Shown here one piece after another: positions 24,246-34,552 of a DNA stretch of 64,000 nt. The position numbers were made by a program, and so were the translations under genes. The stretch spans positions 77,968 through 141,967 of the forward strand of contig JAPPHT010000008.1 in NCBI GenBank assembly GCA_028874795.1, in the 5' to 3' direction. The notes under the pieces are model-generated. The model saw only the letters and a list, made by a program, of their open reading frames with translations. It ran no database searches and was not told the origin of the DNA. Within the stretch, counting starts at the first letter, position 1. Every line of letters begins with the position of its first letter. The DNA is from Chloroflexota bacterium (GTDB taxonomy: Bacteria > Chloroflexota > Dehalococcoidia > Lucifugimonadales > Australimonadaceae).

Positions 24246-25202
24246 CTACTGCCCCTGCGGCCTCTGTGGAGCGGCGGGCGCGGAGTCCGGCGGAAGGCCC
24301 TTGCCGAACGCTCGGGCGACGCGTTGCCGCAACTGGCGGATGGGATACGTCTTCGGCGACACGCCGGACGTGATGATCTCAACCGTCTCCCGCCTGCCCA
24401 GCACGAGCGAGCCGCGCCAGCGCCGCAACTCGCTGGGACGTGGGTCCACTCCCGGCGACGTGGCGAACGTCTCGAATTGCCTCCACTCTTTCGTCCGGGT
24501 GTTCCGGAGCATCGCCGCGCCTCCGGCCTCCTGCACCGCGAGGATGCCCGTCGCGAGGTCCCACACCCACGGGCCACTGAACACCGTGTAGTCGAATACA
24601 CCGCGCGCCGTCATCGCCATCTCGTATCCCGCGCTGCCCGTGTTGCGCAGATCGCCAAGACGGCGTCGCATGTTCCGGCGGGGGGTGAACATCCGAAGGA
24701 AGTAGCCGGGCACCGACGCCATACGCCGGGGCGGGTCGGACGTCTCTATGGTCAGGGGCACGTCGTCCTGGAATGCGCCTCCTCCCCGTCGCGAATGGAT
24801 GACGCGTCCGTCCGCGCTGCCGATGTGCGGGATGTAGATGGCCCCGGCCACCGGGGCGCCGCGTTCCAGGGCGCACACCATGCAGGCGAACATGGGCAGG
24901 CCGTGCAGGAAGTTCGTCGTCCCGTCCAGTGGGTCCACCACCCAGGTGACCTCCTTCGGTTCGTCGCTTTCCGATTCCGTCTCCTCGGTAACGAGGCCGT
25001 GCTCCGGGAAGAGCCGTGACAATTCCCCGCGGAGGTATTCGTCCGCGGCATGGTCGGCGTCCGTGACCGGGTTGCGGTTGTTCGCGGACTTGTAGTCGAT
25101 GCTCAGGGGCTGGTCGAAGTAGCGAAGGAGGATGGCGCCCGCTCCATGAACGAGGGCGCACGCCTGCTGTTCCATGTCCTTGAGTTGAGCGTCGTCGAGC
25201 AT
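24246..25202 (-). CDS. Inositol monophosphatase family protein (SuhB/CysQ/HisN-like)
   Basis: Carries the motifs EE (LVTEETE), WVVDPLDGTTNF and WDLATG. Has a basic C-terminal extension of about 60 aa. Confidence 0.8.
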   Translation of the reverse strand: MLDDAQLKDMEQQACALVHGAGAILLRYFDQPLSIDYKSANNRNPVTDADHAADEYLRGELSRLFPEHGLVTEETESESDEPKEVTWVVDPLDGTTNFLHGLPMFACMVCALERGAPVAGAIYIPHIGSADGRVIHSRRGGGAFQDDVPLTIETSDPPRRMASVPGYFLRMFTPRRNMRRRLGDLRNTGSAGYEMAMTARGVFDYTVFSGPWVWDLATGILAVQEAGGAAMLRNTRTKEWRQFETFATSPGVDPRPSELRRWRGSLVLGRRETVEIITSGVSPKTYPIRQLRQRVARAFGKGLPPDSAPAAPQRPQGQ

Positions 25203-25305
25203 GCCGCCTGCGCGCGCCGATCCGGGGGAAGGACGCGGAAACGAGATTGGCCTGCGTGGTGCGGGCGTCGCCTATTGTACATGCGCCCTGCCCGCGCGGC
25301 TCCGT

Positions 25306-25314
25306 TGTTATACT
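25306..25314 (+). promoter_or_regulatory. Extended -10 promoter (TGtTATACT) 8 nt upstream of the ATG at 25323; implies a leaderless mRNA
   Basis: The sequence reads ccgtTGtTATACTcggatggcATG. Confidence 0.5.
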
Positions 25315-25322
25315 CGGATGGC

Positions 25323-26420
25323 ATGACGAAGCCCATCGGCAAGCGCGAGCACAACGTCGTCATCATCCCCGGCGACGGCATCGGCCCGGAACTCACCGAC
25401 GCGGCGCTGGCCGTGCTGCAGGCGGTAGAAGAAGGGTCCGGGGACTTCCACCTGAACCTGGACGTCCACCGCGGCGGGGCCGCTCTCTACCGCGAGACCG
25501 GGGGGAACCTCTCTCAGGGATCGATCGCAGCCGTGCGGGCCGCAGACGCCACGATGAAGGGGCCAGTGGGACTGCCGGAGGTGCGCCTGCCCGACGGCAC
25601 TGAGGCCGGTGTGCTCGGCGGCGTGCTCCGCACCGGCCTGGACGTGTACGCGAACGTGCGCCCCATCCGGCTGCTGCCGGGCGCGGAGGCGCCCATCAAG
25701 GCGGAGCCCGGTGAGGTGGACTACGTCATCGTGCGGGAGAACACGGAGGGCCTCTACCTCTCGCGCGGCAAGGGCGTCCAGACCAACGATGCTGCCGCGG
25801 ACACGCTCCTGATCACACGCAAGGGCACGGAGCGCGTCGTGCGGCGGGCGTTCGAGATCGCGCGGCAGCGCAGCGGCGCCCCGTCCGACGGCGCCCGGCG
25901 CGTCACATGTGTGGACAAGGCGAACGTGCTGCCGTCCATGGCGTTCTTCCGCCGCGTGTTCGACGAGGTCGCGGAAGAGTACCCGGACGTGCGGGGCGAG
26001 CATCTGTACGCGGACGCCGCGGCGCAGGCGCTGGTCGTACGCCCACAGCACTTCGACGTGCTGGTGATGGAGAACTTCCTCGGCGACATCCTGAGCGATC
26101 TTGGCGGTGGGACCGTTGGCGGCATCGGCCTCTGCCCGTCCGGCAACATCGGCGACGAGCACGCCTACTTCGAGCCGATACATGGCTCCGCGCCCGACAT
26201 CGCGGGGCAGGACAAGGCCAACCCCGTCTCGCAGGTGCTCACGCTCGCGATGATGCTCGACTATCTCGGCGAGAGTACGGCCGCTGAGCTGACCCGTCGC
26301 GCTGTGGAAGAGTCGCTGAAGAGCGGCGCGCTGAGCATCGGCGAGTACGGCCAGCCGCTCGGCGGCACGCGGGCCGCAGGCCAAACGATAGCGATGGCAG
26401 CACGGACGCTCCATGGCTGA
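25323..26420 (+). CDS. Isocitrate/isopropylmalate dehydrogenase family protein (LeuB/tartrate dehydrogenase-like)
   Basis: IIPGDGIGPE, VRENTEGLY, DKANVL and NFLGDILSDL. Start placed at MTKPIGK. The upstream part of track ORF 25050.. has no family-like sequence. Confidence 0.85.
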   Translation: MTKPIGKREHNVVIIPGDGIGPELTDAALAVLQAVEEGSGDFHLNLDVHRGGAALYRETGGNLSQGSIAAVRAADATMKGPVGLPEVRLPDGTEAGVLGGVLRTGLDVYANVRPIRLLPGAEAPIKAEPGEVDYVIVRENTEGLYLSRGKGVQTNDAAADTLLITRKGTERVVRRAFEIARQRSGAPSDGARRVTCVDKANVLPSMAFFRRVFDEVAEEYPDVRGEHLYADAAAQALVVRPQHFDVLVMENFLGDILSDLGGGTVGGIGLCPSGNIGDEHAYFEPIHGSAPDIAGQDKANPVSQVLTLAMMLDYLGESTAAELTRRAVEESLKSGALSIGEYGQPLGGTRAAGQTIAMAARTLHG

Positions 26421-27519
26421 CGACGCGCGGCCCGAGCAGCGGACGTACACCTCCTCCGGCGTCGATACGGACGAGGCCGCGAGAGGCCTCTCTGGCCTGC
26501 TCTCATGGGTCGCACAGACCTCCTCGTTCGCGGACGGGATCGGCCCATCGCTCGTCCCCGGCGGCTTCTTCGCCGCCGTTCTTCCATTGAACGACCGGCT
26601 CTCGCTCGCCATCTCGACGGATGGCGTCGGCTCCAAGAGCGTCCTTGCGCAACTCACCGGCGACTTCGAATCGATCGGCTGGGACTGCGTCGCCGTCAAC
26701 GTGAACGACATCATCTGCACCGGCGCAAGACCCATCGCGCTTGTCGACTACATCGCGCTCCAGCGGCCGCATGGGGACATGCTCGCGGCGCTCGGCAAGG
26801 GGATGCGCGACGCCGCTGAGCGCGCCGGCGTAGCCATAGTGGGCGGCGAGCTCTCCCAGCACCCGGATACGCTCACAGGCCCTCGAGAGGGCTACGCGTT
26901 CGATATCTCCGCGACCTGTGTCGGCGTGCTGGAAGGTGCCGCGGCGCCCATCACCGGCGCGGCCGTCCGCCCCGGCGACGCGGTCATCGGCATCGCGAGC
27001 AACGGCATCCACGCGAACGGGCTCACGCTTGCCCGCAGCGTCCTGCTCGGCGGAGACGCGCACGAATCTGTAGGCCTCGTGTTGCCGGAGTGCGGACGCA
27101 CGGCCGGCGAAGAACTGTTGCGGCGTACGCACGTCTACGTGCCGGAGGTGAAGGCGATGCTGCACGCCGGCGTCGACGTGCGCGGCCTCGCGCACATCTC
27201 CGGCGACGGCCTGCTGAACCTGCTGCGCCTCGACGCGGACGTCGAGTACCACCTCGATGCCATGCCCGCGCCGCAACCCGTGTTCGAAGTGATCCGGCGT
27301 GAAGGAAACGTGTCGCTCGCGGAGATGTACCGCGTCTACAACATGGGCGTCGGCTTTTGCGTGGTCGTCTCCGCCTCCGCCGCTGACGCGGCCCTGGACG
27401 CCATCGCCTCCGCCGGGGGTGAGGCATCGGTCATCGGGACGGTGCGCGAGGGCAGGCGGCGCGTCGTGCTGCCGCAACAAGGGCTCGTGGGAGAAGGCGG
27501 CTCCTTCGCGCCGGTATAG
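26413..27519 (+). CDS. purM: Phosphoribosylformylglycinamidine cyclo-ligase (AIR synthase)
   Basis: PurM pattern ([44 protein letters not shown]). Overlaps the upstream gene by 8 nt. Confidence 0.85.
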   Translation: MADDARPEQRTYTSSGVDTDEAARGLSGLLSWVAQTSSFADGIGPSLVPGGFFAAVLPLNDRLSLAISTDGVGSKSVLAQLTGDFESIGWDCVAVNVNDIICTGARPIALVDYIALQRPHGDMLAALGKGMRDAAERAGVAIVGGELSQHPDTLTGPREGYAFDISATCVGVLEGAAAPITGAAVRPGDAVIGIASNGIHANGLTLARSVLLGGDAHESVGLVLPECGRTAGEELLRRTHVYVPEVKAMLHAGVDVRGLAHISGDGLLNLLRLDADVEYHLDAMPAPQPVFEVIRREGNVSLAEMYRVYNMGVGFCVVVSASAADAALDAIASAGGEASVIGTVREGRRRVVLPQQGLVGEGGSFAPV

Positions 27520-27526
27520 CCCGTGC

Positions 27527-27535
27527 TGGTATCAT
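27527..27535 (+). promoter_or_regulatory. Extended -10 promoter (TGgTATCAT) 6 nt upstream of the ispH ATG; implies a leaderless mRNA
   Basis: The sequence reads gtgcTGgTATCATggggccATG. Confidence 0.5.
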
Positions 27536-27541
27536 GGGGCC

Positions 27542-28498
27542 ATGCAAGTGCTGCTTGGCGCTCCCAGGGGTTTCTGCGCAGGCGTCGTTCGTGCGATAGA
27601 CATCGTGGAACTCGCCCTGGAGCGGTTCGGCGCTCCCGTATACGTGCGTCATGAGATCGTCCACAACAAGTACGTCGTGGACAGCCTCCGCAGGAAGGGC
27701 GCGGTCTTCATTGAGGAGACCGACGAGGTCCCGAACGGCTCGACCATCATCTTCAGTGCGCACGGCGTTGCGCCGGAGGTCTGGCGCGACGCGGAGCAGC
27801 GCAGCCTGAACGTCATCGACGCCACGTGTCCTCTCGTCACCAAGGTCCACATGGAGTCGAAGAAGTACGCACGCGAGGGCTACTCCATCATCGTCGTCGG
27901 CCACGAGGGACACCCGGAGGTCATCGGCACACTCGGTCAGTCGCCCGAGGCGTCGCAGCTTGTCGACAACGACAAGGACGCCTGGAACGCAGCCGTTGCC
28001 GACCCCGACCGTGTCGTAGCGCTCACGCAGACGACGCTGAGCGTTGACGACACCCACGAGATCATCGGCACCCTGCGCGAGCGCTTCCCGAACATCGTGG
28101 CGAGGAACGACATCTGCTACGCAACCACGAACCGGCAGGAAGCGGTGAAGGAGCTGGCGGGACAGGTGGACCTCGTGATCGTCGTCGGCGCTCAGAACAG
28201 CTCGAACTGCAACCGGCTTCGCGAGGTCGCGGAGCAGACCGGTGTGCCGTCTTTCCTCGTGGACGACGCCTCGGTCATCGACCCCGCGTGGCTCGAAGGC
28301 GTCGAGCGCGTCGGCATCACGTCGGGTGCGTCCACGCCGGAATCGCTCGTGGAAGGCGTCATCGACTTCCTCAAGCCGGACTCAGTCGAGACGGTCGAGG
28401 TCAGGCAGGAGAACGTGGAGTTCGTCCTCCCGAAGCAACTGCGCAACGGCCCGGAAGAGCCAGAGCGCCGCACGAAGATCAGGGGCGGCGCGGCCTAG
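27542..28498 (+). CDS. ispH: 4-hydroxy-3-methylbut-2-enyl diphosphate reductase
   Basis: [36 protein letters not shown] and EGHPEV. Start at ATG 27542. The upstream track ORF portion is Arg/Ser-rich noise. Confidence 0.9.
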   Translation: MQVLLGAPRGFCAGVVRAIDIVELALERFGAPVYVRHEIVHNKYVVDSLRRKGAVFIEETDEVPNGSTIIFSAHGVAPEVWRDAEQRSLNVIDATCPLVTKVHMESKKYAREGYSIIVVGHEGHPEVIGTLGQSPEASQLVDNDKDAWNAAVADPDRVVALTQTTLSVDDTHEIIGTLRERFPNIVARNDICYATTNRQEAVKELAGQVDLVIVVGAQNSSNCNRLREVAEQTGVPSFLVDDASVIDPAWLEGVERVGITSGASTPESLVEGVIDFLKPDSVETVEVRQENVEFVLPKQLRNGPEEPERRTKIRGGAA

Positions 28499-28513
28499 GC
28501 GTCTCCTCCTGCC

Positions 28514-29380
28514 CTACCCCACCATCAGCGCGTCGGCGCCCCTGCGGTAGGCCTGCAATGCCTGCGACGGGTTGCGGTTCACGAGTTCACGGCCGTACAT
28601 CGGGTGCACCATGCTCCGCACCTCGTGCTCCAGCTCGTACAGCGTCTCGCCCGTCTCGGGGTCGGTGATGTTCACGAAACGGTACTGCGAGGCGTTGCTC
28701 TCTTCAGTGATGAGGTCCATCTCCTGCAGCGCCTTGTGCGGACCGGAGAAGTCCGCGATGTAGACCGCGATGTGGTGATTGTCGTAGGGCCGCGTCTCGT
28801 CGGGGTCTTCGCGGAACAGGAGTGCCTGGTGTCTCCCCGCCTGCACCCGCGCCGTCGGAGAACCGCGGCGCTCCACCACGTCCGCCGTCGCGCCCATCAC
28901 CTGCCCGTAGAAGCGGGCGATGCCCGGGGCGGTCCCCGCCGGGACGTTGAGGATGAGGTACTCCAGTCCGATGTTTGCGCCGCCCATGCGCTCGCCGTCC
29001 GCCGGGTGGCAGCGGAGGCGGTTCCCCCATGGACAGGTGACGTCCAGATTGTGTCCCTCCCGCTCGACGCCGAACTGCGTTCCATCGAATCGGGATGCCA
29101 TCCTGTCGAGCCGTTCCTCCAACTCGTCGACGTCCGGCGTGACGAGGCCGATGCGTCCGCGCAGCACCTGCGCCGTGTCCCGGGTGGGCAGATGGAACTG
29201 CTCCCTGCCGATGTTCACCCACATGTTCTCCAACCCCACCGTCATGTACGGGTCACGGGTGTGGCCCATACCAACGATGTGGAAGAGCGTCGACATCTGC
29301 TGGTCCGGCACCGTGAGGTTGATGTGGTCGAGGGAGACGATGTTCCCGAAGTCCTGGGTGGTCCGGTCGTATTCCGTCAT
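28514..29380 (-). CDS. Two-module VOC (glyoxalase/dioxygenase-like) superfamily protein, function unknown
   Basis: 288 aa. Two VOC-like modules (LDHINLTV...WVNIGREQFHL and LEYLILNV...HHIAVYIADF). AAGGAGG lies upstream of the ATG. Confidence 0.5.
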   Translation of the reverse strand: MTEYDRTTQDFGNIVSLDHINLTVPDQQMSTLFHIVGMGHTRDPYMTVGLENMWVNIGREQFHLPTRDTAQVLRGRIGLVTPDVDELEERLDRMASRFDGTQFGVEREGHNLDVTCPWGNRLRCHPADGERMGGANIGLEYLILNVPAGTAPGIARFYGQVMGATADVVERRGSPTARVQAGRHQALLFREDPDETRPYDNHHIAVYIADFSGPHKALQEMDLITEESNASQYRFVNITDPETGETLYELEHEVRSMVHPMYGRELVNRNPSQALQAYRRGADALMVG

Positions 29381-29426
29381 TTAACGCCTCCTTAAGCGTT
29401 CGGTAAGCATCCGTTTGAACGGCGCG

Positions 29427-29432
29427 ATTATA
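29427..29432 (-). promoter_or_regulatory. Perfect -10 hexamer TATAAT upstream of the VOC-like gene
   Basis: The reverse strand reads gtccTATAATcgcg, about 47 nt upstream of the ATG at 29380. Confidence 0.45.
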
Positions 29433-29535
29433 GGACGAACCGGGGCTGGCTGTGTTGACCGCCTCCGAAACGCTCCGAGATAATCGAGAGGAGACGCCCG
29501 GCTTACTCGGGCGCGCGGCGTTCAGGCGGCAGGGG

Positions 29536-30804
29536 ATGTTCGGAAGCGTCGCAACCAGCACACACTCCATAGACGAGCACGCCCAGTTCGTCGGCGATGC
29601 GGCTATCGAGTCGCTGCGTGCGGCAGCCGCGCCCTTGCGGGGCCTGCGCGTGCTCTACCTCTCCTCTCCCGCAGCGAGTGGAGCCGTGCGCCGACTGCTC
29701 CAGAGCTCCGTCCCCCTGCTGGCAGACCTTGGACTGAACATCCAGTGGCAGCAGGTGCGGATAGCTGCCGAGTATGTGGAGATGGACCGGGCGCTCCGCC
29801 GCGCTCTCTCCGGCTATCCGGGATGGCACGAGAACCGCGAGAGCGAATGGCGCGAGTTCAACCAGGGGAACGCGCAGATGTTCGACGAGGAGTTCGACAT
29901 CGTCGTCGTGCACCATTCGGCGTCGGTCGGGCTCCACGCAGCGCTGACGCAACTGCACGGACACCCTCCTCCGGGCGTCTGGCTGTGGCATTCCCACCGC
30001 GACTACCGCAATGCCGTGCCCAACGCGTGGTCACTCATCCGCCAGCACGCAGACGACTTCGACGCGTCGGTCTACGACTACAAGCCGTTCATACGAGACG
30101 ACGCTCCGACACCCCGCACGTTCGTGGTCGCTCCGGGCGTCGATCCGCTCAGCCCCAGTGCCCGCCCCGTGTCCGATGAGGTGCGCGAGACGATCCTCGC
30201 CCAGCGCGGGCTGAACGTGAACCTCCCGGTCATCGGCCAGATCGTGCTGAGCATGCGCGACGACGACCCCGAACGTGTGCTGGACACCTTCACTCTCGTC
30301 AGAGAGCACCGTCCTGACGTGCAGCTCGTCATAACGAACCTCGTCACCGACGAACCGCTGCTTAACGAGAAGCTCGGCGTGCTCCGGGAACGAGCGCACC
30401 GGTTGGGCGGCGTGCTCGTGCTCACAGAGATGGACAGGGTCGGCAACGTGGAACTCTCAGCTCTGCGCGAAGAGGCGACGGTGCTCATCCACGAGGGGTA
30501 CCCACGTGGCATATCCGTGGAACTGCTGGAGGAGATGTGGCAGTCCCGCCCCATTGTCAGCGCTCGCAGTTCGGTTGCTGAGGCGCTGCTCATCGAAGGG
30601 AGGACAGCCCTGCTCGCCGACAGCACGGAGGAGCAGGCGGCCGCTATCGAGAGACTGCTCAGGAACCCCCGAACGGCAGCCCGGCTCGGCCGGGCCGCGC
30701 ACCGGCACGTTGCCCGGCGTCACCTCATCACCCACTACCTCGCCAACTACCTCAAGGTATTCCAGCAGATGCTGAGGCGGCGGCAAAGGACCTTGAGGCG
30801 CTGA
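29536..30804 (+). CDS. Divergent TreT-like GT4 glycosyltransferase paralogue (catalytic motifs altered)
   Basis: Collinear with the next gene over its full length, but LNATAFGGGVAEIL becomes LSSPAASGAVRRLL, and the EX7E block REGFGLVISE becomes HEGYPRGISVE. ATG 29536 aligns with the paralogue's N-terminus. The track ORF starts at GTG 29452. Confidence 0.65.
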   Translation: MFGSVATSTHSIDEHAQFVGDAAIESLRAAAAPLRGLRVLYLSSPAASGAVRRLLQSSVPLLADLGLNIQWQQVRIAAEYVEMDRALRRALSGYPGWHENRESEWREFNQGNAQMFDEEFDIVVVHHSASVGLHAALTQLHGHPPPGVWLWHSHRDYRNAVPNAWSLIRQHADDFDASVYDYKPFIRDDAPTPRTFVVAPGVDPLSPSARPVSDEVRETILAQRGLNVNLPVIGQIVLSMRDDDPERVLDTFTLVREHRPDVQLVITNLVTDEPLLNEKLGVLRERAHRLGGVLVLTEMDRVGNVELSALREEATVLIHEGYPRGISVELLEEMWQSRPIVSARSSVAEALLIEGRTALLADSTEEQAAAIERLLRNPRTAARLGRAAHRHVARRHLITHYLANYLKVFQQMLRRRQRTLRR

Positions 30805-32061
30805 ATGCCCACCCCCGTTCCCATCACTCCGAAGGCGCTGCACGAATACGAGCCGCACGTTGGCGAGGAGCGCATCGCAGAGCTCCGAAGCCTCGCCGCA
30901 CCCTTGAAGGACGCCCGCGTGCTGCACCTGAACGCTACTGCGTTCGGCGGAGGCGTCGCGGAGATTCTCAACAGCTTCATCCCGTTGCTGCGCGACGTGG
31001 GCATAGACGCGCACTGGCACGTGATGGATGCCTCCGCGGAGTTCTTCAACGTCACCAAGAGCATGCACAACGCCATGCAGGGCATGTACATACCCTGGAA
31101 CAAGGCGATGGCCGACATCTGGCGGGATACGAACGCCGCCAACGCCAACGCGATGGACGGGAAATACGACTTCGTCTACATCCACGACCCGCAACCCGCC
31201 GGCATCCTCGAGTTCCTTCGCGAGCGCGACCCGGACGTGCTTGGCGCGAAGTGGGTATGGCGCTGTCATCTGGACACGACGGAGGCCCTCCCTGAAGTGT
31301 GGGGCTTTCTGCGGGGCTACATCTCCGTCTACGACGCCCTCGTCTTCACCCTCGCCGAATACGTGAAGGAGCCCATCACCGGCCCCAGGCTGGAGATCAT
31401 CTGGCCCGCGATAGACCCCACGAGCACCAAGAACTCGGAGATCTCGCCCGTCGTGGTCCGGGACATCCTCGCCCGCTACGAGATCGACCCGGACCGCCCT
31501 ATCATCGCGCAGATCTCGCGGTTCGACCCCTGGAAGGACCCGCTCGGCGTCCTCGATGTCTACAGGGTGCTCAAGGAAGAGTACCCCGGCCTCCAGCTCC
31601 TCATGGTCGCCGCGATGGCGAACGACGACCCGGAGGCGTGGTCGTTCTACGAACGCATCGTGAGGAAGGCGGGCGAGGACTACGACATCCACGTCCTGAC
31701 GAACCTCAACGGCGTCGGCAACCTGGAGGTGAACGCCTTCCAGAGCGCGGCAGACGTGCTGCTGCAGAAGTCCATCAGGGAAGGGTTCGGGCTCGTCATC
31801 TCCGAAGCGCTCTGGAAATCGAAAGCCCTCGTGGGGAGCGAGGCTGGGGGCATCCCGCTCCAGTTGGACTACGGGCGCGCCGGACCGGTCGCGAGCACCA
31901 CACAGGAGTTCGTGGACGCCATCCGCACGTTGCTGGAGGACAGGGAGGCGCGCCAGGAGATCGGAAGACTCGGCAAGGAGCACGTCCGCGAGCACTTCCT
32001 GACAACCCGCCTGCTCAAGGACCACCTCCGCTTGATGAACTCGCTCGCCGGGGTAACATAG
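30805..32061 (+). CDS. treT: Trehalose glycosyltransferring synthase-like GT4 glycosyltransferase
   Basis: 418 aa. AFGGGVAEILNSFIPLLRDVGIDAHWHVM...EFFNVTKSMHNAMQG resembles archaeal/thermophile TreT as I recall it. EX7E is intact. Starts immediately after the previous gene's stop. Confidence 0.7.
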   Translation: MPTPVPITPKALHEYEPHVGEERIAELRSLAAPLKDARVLHLNATAFGGGVAEILNSFIPLLRDVGIDAHWHVMDASAEFFNVTKSMHNAMQGMYIPWNKAMADIWRDTNAANANAMDGKYDFVYIHDPQPAGILEFLRERDPDVLGAKWVWRCHLDTTEALPEVWGFLRGYISVYDALVFTLAEYVKEPITGPRLEIIWPAIDPTSTKNSEISPVVVRDILARYEIDPDRPIIAQISRFDPWKDPLGVLDVYRVLKEEYPGLQLLMVAAMANDDPEAWSFYERIVRKAGEDYDIHVLTNLNGVGNLEVNAFQSAADVLLQKSIREGFGLVISEALWKSKALVGSEAGGIPLQLDYGRAGPVASTTQEFVDAIRTLLEDREARQEIGRLGKEHVREHFLTTRLLKDHLRLMNSLAGVT

Positions 32062-32093
32062 CGACGCGCTGGACGTCCTGTTCGTGAGGAGCG

Positions 32094-33074
32094 ATGACCG
32101 CTAACGACGCAGTCCTTGGCATAGATGTCGGCGGCACGAAGATTCTCGCCCTCGCCGCGCGACCGGACGGCACGACGCTCGCATCCGCCGTCGCTGAGAC
32201 GCCGTCGCGGGAGACCGCGGAGCGCGTCATATCCGCGATGGCGGACACAGCACGTGCGGCCATGACAAAGGCCGGGCTGGGCATAGACTCCATCGGTTCC
32301 GCGGGCGTGGCCGCCGCTGGCGCCATAGACGCTCGCGCGGGGACCATCGTGCACTCCCCACACCTGGCCACGATGTCCAACACACCCGTGGTCGCCGTGC
32401 TCAGCCAGCTCCTCGGTATGCCGGTCGCCATCGGCAACGACGCGAACATCGCCGCACTCGGGGAGCAGCGCTACGGCGCGGGCAAGGGCGTACAGGACCT
32501 CGTATTCCTCACCATCAGCACCGGCATCGGCGCCGGCGTCATCATCGACGGCAAACTCTTCACCGGGTCGGCCGGATACGCGGGCGAGGTCGGGCACATG
32601 ACGGTGGACGCTCACGGCCCCTACGGCGCAAGCACGACTCCCGGCGCGTGGGAGTCGCTCTGCTCGGGCACGGCGCTCGCGCGCATCGCGACGGAGCGCA
32701 TCACCGCGGGGGAGCGCTCCTCCATGAGCACCGCGCTGCTCGACACCAACCAGGAAGGGCTCACGGCGCGCGACGTGTTCGCGGCCTGCCGCTCCGGCGA
32801 CGCGCTCGCGCAGGACATCGTCGCCGACGCCATCGTGTACCTCGGAGCGGGCCTCACGAGTCTCGTGAACCTGCTGAACCCCGCCAAGATCATCATCGGC
32901 GGCGGGCTCTCCAACGAGTGGGACGCCTACATAGCCCCTGCTGTCGCGCTGATGCGCGAGCAGTCGTTCGCGGGTATCGGCAAGCTCACGCCTGTCGTAC
33001 CGCCCGCACTCGGCGCGGAGGCAGGTGCGCTGGGGGCAGTCGCCCTCGCCAGCGACGCCCTCCACCAGGCCTGA
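32094..33074 (+). CDS. ROK family sugar kinase (glucokinase-like) lacking the Cys zinc motif
   Basis: LGIDVGGTK, NDANIAALGE and ISTGIGAGVI. The zinc region reads GHMTVDAHGPYGASTTPGAWE instead of GH...CxCGxxGCxE. Confidence 0.8.
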   Translation: MTANDAVLGIDVGGTKILALAARPDGTTLASAVAETPSRETAERVISAMADTARAAMTKAGLGIDSIGSAGVAAAGAIDARAGTIVHSPHLATMSNTPVVAVLSQLLGMPVAIGNDANIAALGEQRYGAGKGVQDLVFLTISTGIGAGVIIDGKLFTGSAGYAGEVGHMTVDAHGPYGASTTPGAWESLCSGTALARIATERITAGERSSMSTALLDTNQEGLTARDVFAACRSGDALAQDIVADAIVYLGAGLTSLVNLLNPAKIIIGGGLSNEWDAYIAPAVALMREQSFAGIGKLTPVVPPALGAEAGALGAVALASDALHQA

Positions 33075-33115
33075 TGGCACACAACAACCACCGCCTCCAC
33101 TCTTGTCATGGCACG

Positions 33116-33124
33116 GCGCCACCT
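33116..33124 (+). promoter_or_regulatory. Extended -10 promoter (TGcTATACT) about 98 nt upstream of purA
   Basis: The sequence reads cctcTGcTATACTgcc. The leader contains a 9-bp stem (ccggcctgc...gcaggccgg) and AAGGAG before the ATG. Confidence 0.4.
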
Positions 33125-33222
33125 CTGCTATACTGCCATCCGGCCTGCGCCCGGTCTGCGGTGCAGGCCGGTAATTGTGTTTACGGGTAGCCGATCCCCC
33201 GGAACGGACAAGGAGTGTTGCG

Positions 33223-34512
<1,290 letters not shown>

Positions 34513-34552
34513 TACGCGCCCGAAGACAATCGAGAAGGAGGAGCAGACGCGC

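Noticed and set aside
30457-32025. A 522-aa minus-strand ORF
   Set aside because: It is antisense to the two TreT-like genes, with low-complexity sequence.
33125-33222. The purA 5' leader, considered as a possible riboswitch because it has a 9-bp stem (ccggcctgc...gcaggccgg)
   Set aside because: I could not match it to any riboswitch consensus I know (purine, ZTP, PRPP). A single hairpin is not enough evidence. It is noted only under the promoter feature.
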